From assembly GCA_043228905.1 (NCBI GenBank), contig JBHGNT010000007.1:7688001-7752000 (forward strand): 64,000 nt of DNA, in the 5' to 3' direction. Positions within the stretch are counted from its first letter, which is position 1; each line of letters begins with the position of its first letter. The DNA comes from Azolla caroliniana. Its lineage: Eukaryota; Plantae; Polypodiophyta. Positions 40,783 through 53,798 of the stretch are shown one piece after another. Made by a program: the position numbers and the translations under genes. Under the pieces are notes generated by a model. The model ran no database searches, was not told the origin of the DNA, and was given only the letters and a program-made list of their open reading frames with translations.

Positions 40783-43700
40783 TACCTAGATCTCTAATAA
40801 CTGCAATATGCTCCGGTCCCCCGCAATACAGACATAGTCGATTTGCCCTGCGTCGTTGCTTTTCTTCTTCCGATAGTGGTCTGCGACGACATGTGGTGTC
40901 GATTTCCATCGGAGTTGGAGTATTTGTTGGAGATGCGTTATATGACTCCCTCGAAAAGGTTTCGCTACCAATGAGGCGTATGTGGACTCTAATCTTGCCT
41001 TTGGCATCTGGAATTGCCGTTCTGAACGTCGTTCAAAAAGACGGTTGTCGCATCTCACTGCGCGACTGATTGCTTCTGTTAATGACTTTGGTTCTTTGGG
41101 GAAGGTCAAGAGTAAAACCTTGACATCGTTGCGTAAACCATAACGAAATTGCTCCATCAATGCTTGATCATCCCAAGGGATATTGGCGGTGAGTAGGCGG
41201 AAATCTGCAGCGTATGCGGAGGCTGAACGATCACCTTGGCGTAATTGCCAAATTTTGTTGATTGCAGTTCTTATCCTGTTCTTATGCTGTCAGTATCTCC
41301 AAAACAGGCTTTAAACTCACTTATAAATTCTTCAAAATTGTTTAGTAATTGAGATTCCTTTTCTAACAACGGAGCGAACCATGCCAACGTTGAGCCACTA
41401 AGTAGAGTGCCTACTAGTCCCACTCGTGATGCATCAGTGGGATATCAAGAAGGATGCATTTGAATCACTAAACTGTGATTGGGTCCCATCAAACTTTGCA
41501 GGAAAACCGTCTTGGGTTCTTTGTGAATCCCTTGAGTGCTTGATCCTTGTTGTTGTAATGATACAATAGTCGCTTCAAGTTGTTGTACACGTAACATCAG
41601 CTCCTCGTGTTGTTGTTTTTCCAACGCTATTTGTTGAAGATCCCCCAACAAATGGTGATTTTCTTGTTCTAGTGCTACAAATTTCTCCTTTAAGCACTAG
41701 AGCTCTGAGAAAACAGATTGGTATTCCTGAGCACAAACAGATTCTATTTTACTATGGAGGATAAGAGGATTATTATGAAGGGAAGAAAGGGGTAAGAAGA
41801 TGAGGGAAACCGAGAAGAAGACCGGAAAAAGGGGATATGTAAGAAGATAAAAGGAAGAGGAAGAGACGGAAGGAGGACGATAAATCTGTTCAAACTATCA
41901 GGATCAGTACTAAGATAGAGAAGGAATTAGTACTAAAAGATGAGGATTAGTACTAAGAGAGGTGTAGAACTCTCGAGAGAAGGAAAGAGTGAGCAAGAGA
42001 GAGAGATAGAGAGAGAGAAAGGGTTAGAGAGAATGATGATAAAAGATATATATTATGTGAAGAGAGTATACAATAGTAGCTAGGATGCTTAAGACTAGCG
42101 TTGAACCAATTTGGTTCAAAATAATGCCTTGTGCCTCCTTTTATAGTATTCTCAGGAGTACTCTTGAAGTTTCTAGAATGTTGCATGAGAAACACATGCC
42201 GAACTTCTATTGGGCCGAAGCGGCATCCATGGCAGTCTATCTCATGAATCAATGCACCACCAATGGAGTGCATGAGCTAACTCTCTACGAGCTCCTAGTC
42301 GGAAGGAAGCCGATCATGTCGCACCTCAAGGTGTTCGGAAGCATTGTGAATGTACGCATCCCGAACGAAAGCCGACAGAAGCCCGACGCGAAGTCGGAGG
42401 AATGTATCCTCATAGGATATTCGTCCGAGAAGAAGGCATACAAGTGCTACAACCCTTCTACCCGAGCGGTTCGGGTAAGTTGAGAGGTAGTCTTCGACGA
42501 GTCCACATCCTGGTACGCACTAGAAACAACTTCGACTCCGACTCCGCTCGACCCGGATTCCATCGAACAAGAGGTAGAAGATGGAGATCGCTTCGAACAC
42601 ATGTTCGAAGAAAGTCCGATTACGGCAAGGCCTAGTGGTCCACCGACTTGGCTACAACAAGTACATGGCCCATCACTATGCCTTCGCGATGAAGGTAGCA
42701 ACTGAACAAGAGCTCAAGAGCTCCACTGAAGCGGCTCGTAACCCACGATGGGTGGAAGTAGTTGACCTTCGTCCACACACTACAAGCCTTCATCACCGCC
42801 TTGAGGGGGAGGACCCAAGATTGCCTCGAAAAGGCCGAAGAAAGCCGAAGGCTGGACGGAAGCACACGAAGCTGACGAAAGCCAAAGCGGATGTCGGACG
42901 CCTCACACTTGAGCTTGAGGGGGCGTGTTGAGAGATCAAGCTCAACTTAGTTTAGTTATATAGTCAACTATGTAACTTCGTAGTTACCTAGATAGAATCT
43001 AGCTAGAAGTGTTGACTAGAACGCCTTAAATAGGACGTTGTACTTAAGTGGGATATTCTAGATCCTCCACTCCTAAGTACATTTAATATAGGACTTACAC
43101 TTTTGTACCTATATTATACTCACACATGTGCACCCTTGCACATGAGATCTATATATACCTCGTTGTAGGTATTTTTGTATTTGATGATGATGATGATGAT
43201 AATGCTAATTTAATATAGTTACTCTTCGCCCATCTTGTGTTGTTCATAAGTGTAACTTCCCCTCTCTCTTCCTCTCACACACATACACACACATATCACA
43301 TAATTACATAACTTAGTCTTCCGCTTAACTTAATCACATAATTAGTTACTAATTAACCCCTGCATAATTATTTACCTAATTCTTAACACATCATATCTCT
43401 CATCTTCGACTTTCACACTGAATAGTTGGAGCCGGTTCGCTTGAACATTCCTCCAAGATGTTCGTCCATCACTCTGATACCAATTTGTTGAGGATACTAC
43501 CGGTTGAAATTGGTTGATACACTTGTGTAAGCGGGTGCAAAGATCAAAGTTGACAGTATATAGACAACCATAAACCCTAAACCCTGGCCTTCTTCCAGAT
43601 GTTGATCCGGATCCAATCTTTCTTCTTCCTCGGATCCAACTAATCCGGCTTGTGCTCTCCTTCCCATCCGGAGGGACATGTTTCCTAACACATACACAAT

Positions 43701-45062
43701 ATGGGCTATTTACAAATGTAGCCTCTAATCGGCATTTGGCAACTTAGCCGATCGGCATCTGGTTCGGCTCTCGACCGACCTTTATCCGATTCGGCTCTCC
43801 AACTCATCCTATCCGGAGGGACCAATTATCTTAACACATGTTAAGGCAACATTTCCATTGATTGCTATTTCAATTAACCACTCTTCATATCTAACGAGGA
43901 AATTGATAGCTTGTTTGGTGGGAGCTAATGAAGGGTTTTGGAGGAGGAGGTGACGTAAGAAGCTACATTAGTATCCCATGTTAGGCAATTGCAAATCGAA
44001 GAGGCTACTGCATAAAATGAATTTTATGACTTACAAAGGAGGCCTAAGGGATGGGTTTAGCCAAAACAAAATGGCAAATTGTGCTCAAAATATCGCAAAC
44101 ACACACTCAGAAAGATCCTTAGATAAGTGCATCAATTAGCCAATGAATAAAAAAAAAGAGTGGACCACAAGTTGGTGTGTTTAAATGCAAACAAGGATGA
44201 AGAGTATGAATAAGCAAAAGGGCAACAATAATGGTCGTGATAATAGTAATGTGCATATGATAGGATTTTAGTTGGCGACTCTACAAATTACAAATATGGG
44301 AGCAACTTGATAGAAAATTCTTGAAGGCACAATGTGGAATTCTTGAAGATAGAACTAATTATTAAGCATTTAAACATATTATTAAAGGAAATAACTAAAT
44401 TAAGGGCACTTTTCCTCCCAATCACCTTTGAGCAAAGAAATTGAGATGGGTCATAAACACAATTTGCATCCCATACTAGCACATGATTGTACCTTGAATG
44501 CAATATTCATAATGTTATTGTTAGCAAGAACCTCACCACACCACAAATTTCTCACAACAATATGAAGGATATATTTGTCTCATCCATATGAGGTTAGTTA
44601 CTCCTCATTACATTATTGGCCCTTAACTCTTCAAGTGACCACATGTGCCATGACCCATCGTTAGTTGTTGCAATTCCTAATATACCTAAAACCATAAGAA
44701 TTTTGCCCATTAATAATATATTAAGGTTTTGTACAAAACAAATATTGATAATGGGATGAAGTGGAGTCTCATGCATATAGGAAGAGTGTGAGTGAACCTC
44801 TTTCATTCCTTATTAGAGGACCCCCCATATTAGTGGTAAAAAAGGAAACTTATAAATGTCTCCATGAAAAATAGCTCCCATATAATCAAACATGGCATTG
44901 CTAAAACGAGGTATATAAGAATATCCCATAATTGGTGGGTTTGTACACTTCATGTAAGTTGTCCTATGGGTATGCCAAGCTATTGCCCATTTGATATAAC
45001 TATTGAATTAAACATATATGAACAAAGAAACACTTTATATAGTTACAAAGAAAAACTTCATG

Positions 45063-45264
45063 CACAATCAATGACACATGTATATGCACAAATATGACAT
45101 TGTAAGGTTTCTCTTTATGTGTGCATGTTTGCTATTATAAGGTTTATTTGAGGGGTTAAAAGAAGGTTCTAGACTTTTTGGTGCCTCTCTCCCTTCATAC
45201 ACAATCAATGACACATGTATATGCACAAATATGCCATTGCAGGGTTTATTTTATGTGTGCATGT
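45063..45264. repeat. ~65-bp direct repeat, two copies
   Basis: cacaatcaatgacacatgtatatgcacaaatatg.cattg.a.ggttt...tatgtgtgcatgt at ~45063 and ~45200. Confidence 0.8.
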
Positions 45265-45396
45265 ATGTTCTAGAGTCTAAACTATTAGATATTGTAAGGA
45301 TTAGTGGAAGATTCTAGAGAATTGAAAAGTGTATGGTTGTAGGGTGTCCTGCATAGTCATGAAATAGTTTTGTGAATATATAAATAAGGCGATACT

Positions 45397-45905
45397 TGTC
45401 ACAACATAGTGACATCAAATACATTGTGGGTGAGGATTGAACTTGCAACCTGATATCAACAACATGTCATGCTTAACCATTTTTATATGAGCATGTATTT
45501 GTATACTATTGTATATTCTAGCATATAGTACATTTCAAAATCAAAATATTCTAGTTGTTAGTATATTCTACAAATATTGTACAAAATATTTCAAACGGGT
45601 ATATTCTAGAGTTATTCTCGAGTATATTCTAGAGATATTCAATCTCGGAACTTGTATAAACACTTGTAACCCTCCTTGGTCCCTTTCAAGAGATTCAATG
45701 CCAATCATTGAGACATCAATCTAGTATTCTCGTTTCATTCCATCTTGTCGCCTTCTTCATCTCTACCTTCATGCTCTCCATAGCTTCCTAAGTTCATAGT
45801 CTCATCACTCACAACTTCTACAGTTCATAGCCTCGTCACTTCTAGTTCTATGTTCGTCATCCATGCTCCGTCGTTCGTAGCCCGTTGCTCGTAGCCCCAT
45901 CATCT
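45397..45905 (+). mobile_element. LTR-like segment abutting Copia E integrase
   Basis: TGTCACAAC start, repeated TATTCTAG motifs, TGTATAAAC TATA at ~45652, CT-rich R/U5; 3' end not clear. Confidence 0.55.
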
Positions 45906-48900
45906 GTGTCTGAGATTGGATGGCGGAAAAGAGCACTTTTCCGGCCAATTCACGAGTTATCTGAAGAGAAAGGGAATCCAACGAGAATTCTCCTGTAGAT
46001 ACACGTCGGAGGAGAACAACGTGGCCGAGCGTCGGAACATGACGCTAATAGAAGCAGCAAGGGCGATGCATGAGGAGAAAAGCATGCCCAAGTTTTATTG
46101 GGCCGAATCAATTCGGACAACCGTCTACATCCAGAATTGGATATTTGCCTCAGGGACAAAGGTCCCGCCGCAGGAACTGTATTTCGAGCGGAAGCTGAAT
46201 TTGGCACACCTTTGGGTGTTTGGTAGCATTGCATATGTGCATGTACGGAAGGAAAAACGGAGGGAGTTAGACGCGAAAGCCGAAAAGTGCATTCTCGTCG
46301 GCAACTCGGATGAACAGAAGGGTTATAAGTGTTATAACCCCCGATCGAAAGCGGTCCGAGTTAGACGAGATGTTGTTTTTGATGAATTGGCATCTTGGTA
46401 CTTCTCTCCACCCGAGCCCAAGCCGATTGCTATTGATGATCTGGTGGAATCCAAAATAGAGAGAAGTGTCGCGGAATTCGAACAACCAGATAGTCCGACT
46501 TCTCTCCGGATGAGTGGACCGAATCTAGATTAGTTGAGCCGGAGCAGTCAACCGGATGATGAGCTGGTGAGTAGTGAAGACTTGGTCGTGCTCTCCCCGC
46601 GCAAGGAATCGAGGAAGCGGTGTCGTGAAGTACGAAAACTTCACATTAAAAGTCTACAATAAGATAAATACGTAACTAAAATAAAATAAATCTTGATAAT
46701 ATTTTATACATAAAGATAATATTAACAACACACACTATGATAATATTATACTTATATGTAGAGGCAGATAAAAATACATATATGTTATATTACATGGACG
46801 AGGGAGGACTTGAGCCAATAAACCCCACCTTATAACACTCTAACCTTACCATTTAACCTATACTAACAATTTACAAGATATCATATGTGTTGTTTTATTT
46901 GAAGTAGTATTTTATAGTCTAAACCATGTAATACACCATATAGCAAATTACATGGGAAAAAGGGGACTTGAAACAACAACCCCAACCTTACGGGCATTCA
47001 AACCTTACCATTTAGCCTATACTTGTGATGTACATAAAATATATGTGTTGTAGTATTGTATGGTTTAAACCATGAAATGTACCACATGTGCACCATATAG
47101 CACACATGCAAGAGCTTCTCTGCATGTGCGCCACATGGCCCACATGTAGAACTATCTCTTCCCTATAAAAGGAGAAGGGAGTATAGTCACAAGGACATCA
47201 AGGAATCAATCAATCATATTGAATAGAATTATTGATGGAATTGAGGGAAATTATATTGTAAGAGATATCATAATAGAGAAAGAGTGAGAGAACGTAAAAG
47301 CTATATACAATCTTCAAAAGACAAGAGAAGAACTAACTTGGCAGCGGCGGTGCTCAACTCGCAACGAAAAGGCAGAGGTTCGAGTCTTATCTCATTGAAA
47401 GATAGAAGAGAAGATTGTGTTCTACTATCAAGAAAAAGAAGAGCGATAAAAGCGAAGATTGTGGTCGACCTTGTTAGACAAAGTTCGAATTCGACAACGC
47501 TCGCAACTATTTTGTAACTCTTTCATCAAATAATTATAAATCTCTTTTATTGCTTCAATTATCATTCTATATCCTATCTTGACATATCTTGTTGATCACT
47601 ATTTCTACTCTTTCGTCTCTTCCATCCAAAATCCCAGTGATTCCTTCCTCACTTTCACGTTATCTTTTGTCTACACAACACTACGCTTCTAGGCGAGCCA
47701 CGCCACGACAACGGTTCACGCGCAAAGAACAGGGGAAGAAGAATATGCCAAAGTATGACACCGGCCGAGCTGAGTTGGATAGGAGCGAATCCAACTCCGA
47801 CAGAACCGAAAATGCACCTCCGAGGAAGGGGTTAAAATCGGTCGAGGAGGCCATGAAATCGGCAAATTAGGAATAGCGCCGATCCACCCGCCTAAAAAAC
47901 CCTGTGAAAAGGTATGGGTACAATGAGTATATGGCGCATTATTATGTGTACACGGTGAAGGTGGCAGCCATGCATGAGCCGAAGAGCTATGTAGGAGCAA
48001 CTAAGGATCTAAACTGGTAGAAGGCCATGGAGGAAGAGATGCATGCGCTCATGGAGAATGAGATGTGGGACTTGGTGGACCTACTGAAAGGAGTGAAGTC
48101 GATCGGGTGTTGATGGGTATACAAGGTTAAATACAACACTGATGGCTCCGTCAACTAGTAAAAGGCCCGGTTAGTGGCCAAGGGCTACGCGCAACAACAC
48201 AACATCAACTACGATGAGACATTCACGCCGGTCACCAAGATGACGACCGTCCATGTCTTGCTTGCGGTGTCAGTGGTGAAGGGGTGACATCTACATCAGA
48301 TGGATGTGAAAAACGCGTTCTTGCAAGGTGATCTTGAGGAACAAGTGTTTATGGTTCAACCCCCCGATTTTTAGTGTGGAATGAATACATCGGCAGGGTG
48401 TTGATTGAAGAAGTCCCTCTATGGACTTTAGCAAGCCCCACGCGCTTGGAATGCGAAGATCACGTAGAGACTGTGCCGGATGGGGTTTGCTTCGTTGAAA
48501 TTAGACTCTTCACTCTTCATCCAACAAGGTCGGATTGGGCCGGTTAGTATTTTATTTTATGTTGATGATTTGGTCATTGTCGTCGCCGACCTGGACGAAA
48601 TTGGACACGTCAAGTCCCAACTCGCGGCATCATTCGAAATGAAGGATCTCCATGACCTTCATTACTTCCTCGGGATCGAAGTGATCCACACCCATGCATA
48701 CTAATCAGTCAACGCCACTATGTGTTGAGTATGCTCTTCAAATTTGGCATGACGGATTGCAAATCCGTCTCAACTCCTTTGGACTGGAATGTGAAGCTTC
48801 GCCTCGACTCCGGAATGACATGTGACCTGACAAGGTTCCGACAGATAGTCAGAAGCCTTATCTCTTTAACCATCACCTGACCAAACCTTAGTTATCTAGT

Positions 48901-49135
48901 CGGACTGATTAGTCAATTTATGGCGCATCCAACCATGGAACACCTTCAATGCGCGCATCGAATACTAAGGTACGTCAAAGACACTAAGGGTAGGGGGTTG
49001 CTGTATCAGACTAGTGTAGTCGGACAACTTATGGGCTACATGGATGCCGATTGGGTTGGAAATGCCCGCGACCGTAGGTCTACATCCGGATATGCGTTTT
49101 CACTCGGTAGCACCGCGGTCTCCTGGAGCAGTAAG
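45906..49135 (+). mobile_element. Copia E fragment (integrase, RT, start of RNase H); Copia-B-like lineage, decayed
   Basis: DGGKEH...NNVAERRN, LHQMDVKNAFLQG, LFYVDDLV, YMDADWVG...RRSTSGY...VSWSSK; interrupted by a solo LTR and by Copia F. Confidence 0.88.
46621..47710 (+). mobile_element. Solo LTR (~1.09 kb) inserted in Copia E
   Basis: TGTCGTG...CACGACA terminal inverted repeat; flanks gcgg/acgg; host frame RKESRKR|FTRKEQGK rejoins; TATAAAA at 47164. Confidence 0.85.
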
Positions 49136-52100
49136 TGTTAGAAAATAGGTCCCTCCGGATGGGAAGTAGGAAGACCCGGTGAGAACCGGATGTGGCGTAC
49201 CCGGCAACGGAAGACCTGGTGAGAACCGGATGTGGTGTACCCGGCAACGGAAGACCCGGTGAGAACCGGATGTGGAGTACCCGGCAACGGAAGACCCGGT
49301 GAGAACCGGATGTGGCGTACCCGGCAACGGAAGACCCGGTGAGAACCAGATGTGGAGTACCCGACATTGGAAGACCCGATGAGAAGCGGATGTGGCAGGC
49401 CCGGTGAGAACCTCTCATCGGATGGAAGGGACATATGTGTAAATATGTTCAAAAGAGCCCATTGGGGCTATATTTGTAAATAGCCCGAAAGTCATATTAG
49501 TATAAATATGACCAAGGGCAAACTTAATATGGAGACAGAGTTATTGGTGTAACTATTGTACAGTGCGTAAGTGAGAGAGAGAGCGATATACAGAGATTGT
49601 GTCTCTGTTGTAACCGCCGCTAGACGAAGATTGTGAGCAAGAGGTTGTTGCCTCTGTGCCCCCTATTGTATTCTTCTTATAGAGTGATAGTTTGGAGTCT
49701 GTGGACTCCCGTGGTTTTTCCCTCTCAGGGTTTTCCACGTTAACATCTTGTGTATTCTCTTTCTGTTTTGTGTACTTACCTCCATTCCCATTTCGTCCGT
49801 GTTTTGATTGTTGTCAAGTGATCTACGCTTCGGTTGTGGCCGGAGATTAATCCGCGTATTACACGTCAAATTGGTATCAGAGCGAAACGACATAGAAAAA
49901 TGGACAATTCGTTGGGAGGCATGTTCAAGCTCACCGACTCCAACTATTTGGTGTGGAAGTCGAAGATGAGGGACATGCTCGTGGTTAAAGGTCATTGGTT
50001 GCCGGTTCAGTTCAGGGACAAGAGATCAGACAAAATCGATGCCACGATATGGGAGGTGATGCACATGAAGACAACGGCGTACATACGGTGCTTCATCGAC
50101 ATGAGTCTATACAACAACTTCAATGAAGAGAGCAAGGCTCATGAGCTCTGGGAGAAGATCAACATTATGTTTTAGAACAAAAATGCTGTTAATCAAGTTT
50201 CGGTATTTCGGAAACTAGTAAGACTCCGGTACCAAGATGGCTCTAGCATGGCGGAGCACATGAATGCCTTCCAGGGGCTGATACACCAGGCAACATCATT
50301 GGAAGTACCTCTCGCCGATGAGGTACTAGCACTACTCCTGCTCGGTTCCCTCCCAGATAGTTGGGAGACGTTGGTTGTCACTTTTGGGCAACGCCGGGCC
50401 GGAAGGAAAACGGTTATCCCTAGCAAGAGTGAAGTCGAGCTTGCTTGATGAGGAGGCGCGTCGAAAAGACAAGGATACGAACTCCGACTCCAAAGCGCTC
50501 ATTACCGAATCGAAACACGGAAGACAAAGCAACCGTAGTCCCCAAAACCGGGTGAAGTCGGGGACACGATCAAAGTCAAGGGGGAGGCCTACCTGGTTTT
50601 ATTGCGGCAAGCCAGGGCACTTCTAGAAGAACTGTCAGCACTTCCGAAAAGACAAGGAAACCGATGGTACCGATTCGAAGCGGACACCGGACCGGAATGG
50701 TAAAGACCGGAGGGGGACGGACCGGAACGGAACGACGGCAATCGCGTCAAGTGAAGAAGAGTTGATGCTCATCACCGAGGAGAGTGAGTTGAACCTTGCC
50801 GGTGACGAGACAACGTGGGTTGTCGATTCCGGAGCGTCATTCCACCTTACCCCGAACAGTAAATACTTCTCATCCTACACAGCTGGTGATCACGGTTGTG
50901 TCCAGATGGGGAATGAAGGTACATGCCGAATTGTCGGCATAGGAGACGTGTGGTTTACAACACCAACCGGATGCAAGCTGCTGCTGAAGGATGTTCGACA
51001 CGTTCCAGAGGTTCGATTGAACCTGATATCAGCCGGTCGGCTAGATGATGAAGGCTACACGGGTAGCATCCGGAACAGAGTCATGAAATTCAGCAAAGGG
51101 AGCCTGATAGTGGCTCGGGCCCGGAAGGTCAACATGTTGTACCTGATGAATGCCCGGTTATGCCCGGAAGAAGTGAACGTGGCTTCCGACACTGCCGGTG
51201 AACTGTGGCACAAGAGATTGTGCCACATGAGCGAGAAGGGGATGAAGAGGCTTACCGATGACAACCTCATTCCGGTGAAGAACGTGCATCTTGAGAGGTG
51301 CACCGACTGCCTAGCCGGTAAGCAAAACCGGACCTCTTTCTGATCAAGGCCACCGATGAGACGTAATGCACCATTGGAGTTGGTGCATACATATGTGTGT
51401 CAAGTGGACACGAAGTTCCATGCCGGAGCGCAGTACTTCGTGACGTTCATAGATGACCACAGCCGAAAGCTGTGGGCCACACCGTTGAAGACGAAGGATC
51501 ATGTGCTATCTATCTTCAAAGAGCTCCACACGAGAGTGGAAAGAGAAACCGGCCGGAAGCTGAAGGCGGTTCGAGCAAATAACGGAGGAGAATACCGAGG
51601 GCAGTTCGAGGAGTACTGTCGCTCGAAGGGAATCCGGCTCAAATTTACCGTGCCGAAGACGCCGGAACTAAACGGGCTAGCCGAGAGGATGAACCGGACC
51701 ATAATGGAGAGGGTCCGGAGTATGCTAGCACATGCTAAACTACCCAAGACGTTTTGGGCTGAGGCACTGTCGATAACGATGTATATGATAAACAGATCAC
51801 CCTCAGTGCCCTTGGACGGAGACACGCCGCAGAGAGTCTGGACCGGTAAGGAAGTGTCCTACCGGCATTTGAAGGTGTTCGGGTGTCTCGTGCACGTGCA
51901 TGTTGCTAAGGACCGGAGAGGAAAGTTGGATCCAAAGACCTGGCCATGCATATTCCTCGGATACGACGATGATGAGTTTGGCTACTGAGTGTGGGATCCA
52001 GTTGACAAGAAGGTTTTCCGGAGCCGAGATATTATCTTCATGGAGGACAAGACTCTTGCCAACTCGGAGTCGGAGAAGAAGATAATGAACTCCGATGAGA

Positions 52101-53798
52101 TTCGGACCCACCCAGCTAAGAGTCGGTTGACACTCAAGGAACCAGCTGGTTACGGTGTGGATACCGAACCGGTAGAAGAAGAAGTAGAGGAAGCTGAAAC
52201 CAGAACCGGCCAAGACCCCGAATCGGATTCGGATGAAGAACAAATAGAGGAGCCGGTTGCCAAAAGCCAAAGACGGAGATATCCTCTCAGAGAGAGAAGG
52301 CCCCCCCAGAGATTTCCAGATGCAGAGCATGTGCTGCTGACCGATGAGGGGGAGCCGGAAAGCTTCGAAGAAGCGAAGGATGAACCAACAGCCGCAAGTG
52401 GTTGAGTGCCATGCAGGACGAGATGGATTCCTTGCATGAGAACCACATGTATGAATTGGTGGAGTTGCCGAAAGGAAAGAGGGCACTCCGAAACAAGTGG
52501 GTGTAAAAGTTGAAACCGAGAGATGCCGACAACCCTCCAAGATACAAAGCCCGGATCGTGGTGAAGGGGTTCTAGCAGAAGAAGGGTGTGGACTTCGACG
52601 AGATATTTGCCCCGGTAGTAAAGATGACTTCCATCCGAACGGTGCTGAGCATAGCGACAAGCATGGACCTCGAGGTAGAGCAGCTGGACGTGAAGATGAC
52701 ATTCCTTCACGGTGACCTCGAAGAGGAGATCTACATGCAGCAACTGGAAGGATTCGTGGAGAAAGGGAAGGAGCACCTGGTTTGCCGGTTGAAGAAGAGC
52801 CTGTACGGATTGAAGCAGGCTCCCCGACAATGGTACCGGAAGTTCGACTCCTTCATGATCGACCAAGGGTATCACAAAATGCAAACCGATCATTGCGTGT
52901 TTGTGAAGAAGTTCGAAGGAGGCGACTTCCTAATACTCCTTCTGTACGTGGACGACATGTTGATCGTCGGACGGGACCAAGGCAAAATACGGATGCTGAA
53001 GAAGGATCTCAACCGAACTTTCTCAATGAAATACTTGGGCCCGGCAAGATAGATATTGGGGATGCACATCATCCGGGACCGGTCAAAGAAGCAATTGTGG
53101 TTGTCACAGGAGAAATACGTGACAAAGGTGCTTCAGCGGTTCAACATGTTAGAAGCAAAATCGGTCGGATCGACACTCCTAGCAAACTGCAAACTATCCG
53201 GTAAGCAAAGCCCGAAGACGAAAGTAGAGAAGGCGGATATGGTGAAGGTTCCATCCATATGCCTCTGCCGTCGGGATCTTGATGTACGCAATGGTGTGTA
53301 CTCGGCCGGATATTGGATACGCAGTTGTTGTGGTGAGCCGGTTTATGAGCAATCCCGGCAAGGAGCATTGGAACACGGTCAAATGGATACTCCGGTACTT
53401 GAAGGGCACTTCGAATATGTCTCCGATTCGGCTCTGGTAAACCTCAACTTGACGGTTTTACCGATTCGGACATGTCGGCTGATGTGGATACCAACCGGTC
53501 TACTTCCGGGTATGTAATGACATATGTAGGGGGAGCTGTTTCGTGGCAGTCGAGGCTGCAGAAGACGGTTGCGTTGTCAACCACAGAGGCGGAGTACATG
53601 GCGGTTGTTGAAGCCGACAAGGAAATATTATGGATGAAGGACTTCATCGAAGAGATTGGTATCCGGCAATATGAATACCGGCTCTATTGCAACAGTCAAA
53701 GTGCCATCCACCTTGCTAAGAATGCAACGTACCATTCCAAGACGAAACACATCCAACATAGGTATCACTGGATCCGGGAGCGAGTAGAAGATGAAGAG
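49136..53798 (+). mobile_element. Copia F (Tnt1-like, same lineage as Copia A): 5' LTR 49136-49868, iMet PBS 49872-49883, near-complete decayed gag-pol, interrupted by Gypsy G
   Basis: TGTTAG LTR start; TGGTATCAGAGC; gag, WVVDSGAS, integrase, RT LYVDDML, RNase H SKTKHI. Confidence 0.92.
49169..49395 (+). repeat. 40-bp tandem array (~5.7 copies) in the U3 of the Copia F LTR
   Basis: ggaagacccggtgagaaccggatgtgg(c/t/a)gtacccggcaac at 49169, 49209, 49249, 49289, 49329, 49369. Confidence 0.95.

Larger units (their letters stand above)
27213..42182 (-). mobile_element. Gypsy C: Tcn1/Tf1-sushi-like chromovirus, decayed. 3' LTR 27213-27650, 5' LTR 41896-~42182 (truncated), split by a solo LTR and Gypsy H
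   Basis: Gag (FRYGLRNDVK, CxxC..GH), PR (ALLDFGANSCF), RT (YLDDLLVYS), RNase H, integrase, chromodomain (EYEVVAILDSK...YLVHWLGY...TWEP); PPT GGGGGGATAG at 27651-27660. Confidence 0.92.
25134..43388 (+). mobile_element. Copia B with two LTRs (25134-25587, 42926-43388) and TSD CATCA, split by Gypsy C; RT/RNase H largely deleted
   Basis: TG...CA LTR pair; PBS TGGTATCAGAGC 25588-25599; PPT before 42926; CATCA at 25129-25133 and 43389-43393; gag/PR (WFVDSGASHHM) and integrase fragment from ~42182. Confidence 0.93.
21283..43836 (-). mobile_element. Copia A (Tnt1-like Ty1/Copia), decayed, split by Copia B. 5' LTR 43486-43836, iMet PBS 43471-43482, gag-pol 43468-43389 + 25133-21670, partial 3' LTR ~21283-21670
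   Basis: PBS TGGTATCAGAGT; LLLLGSLPDSWET gag, WVVDSGAS protease, GAG-pre-integrase LWHMRLCHMSEKG, integrase, RT (LHGDLKEEIYM, LYVDDIL); LTR segments 21285-21340 and 43516-43570 match. Confidence 0.88.

Noticed and set aside
49169-49395. CRISPR-like regular repeat
   Set aside because: Head-to-tail 40-bp units with no unique spacers, inside a plant LTR; no cas genes
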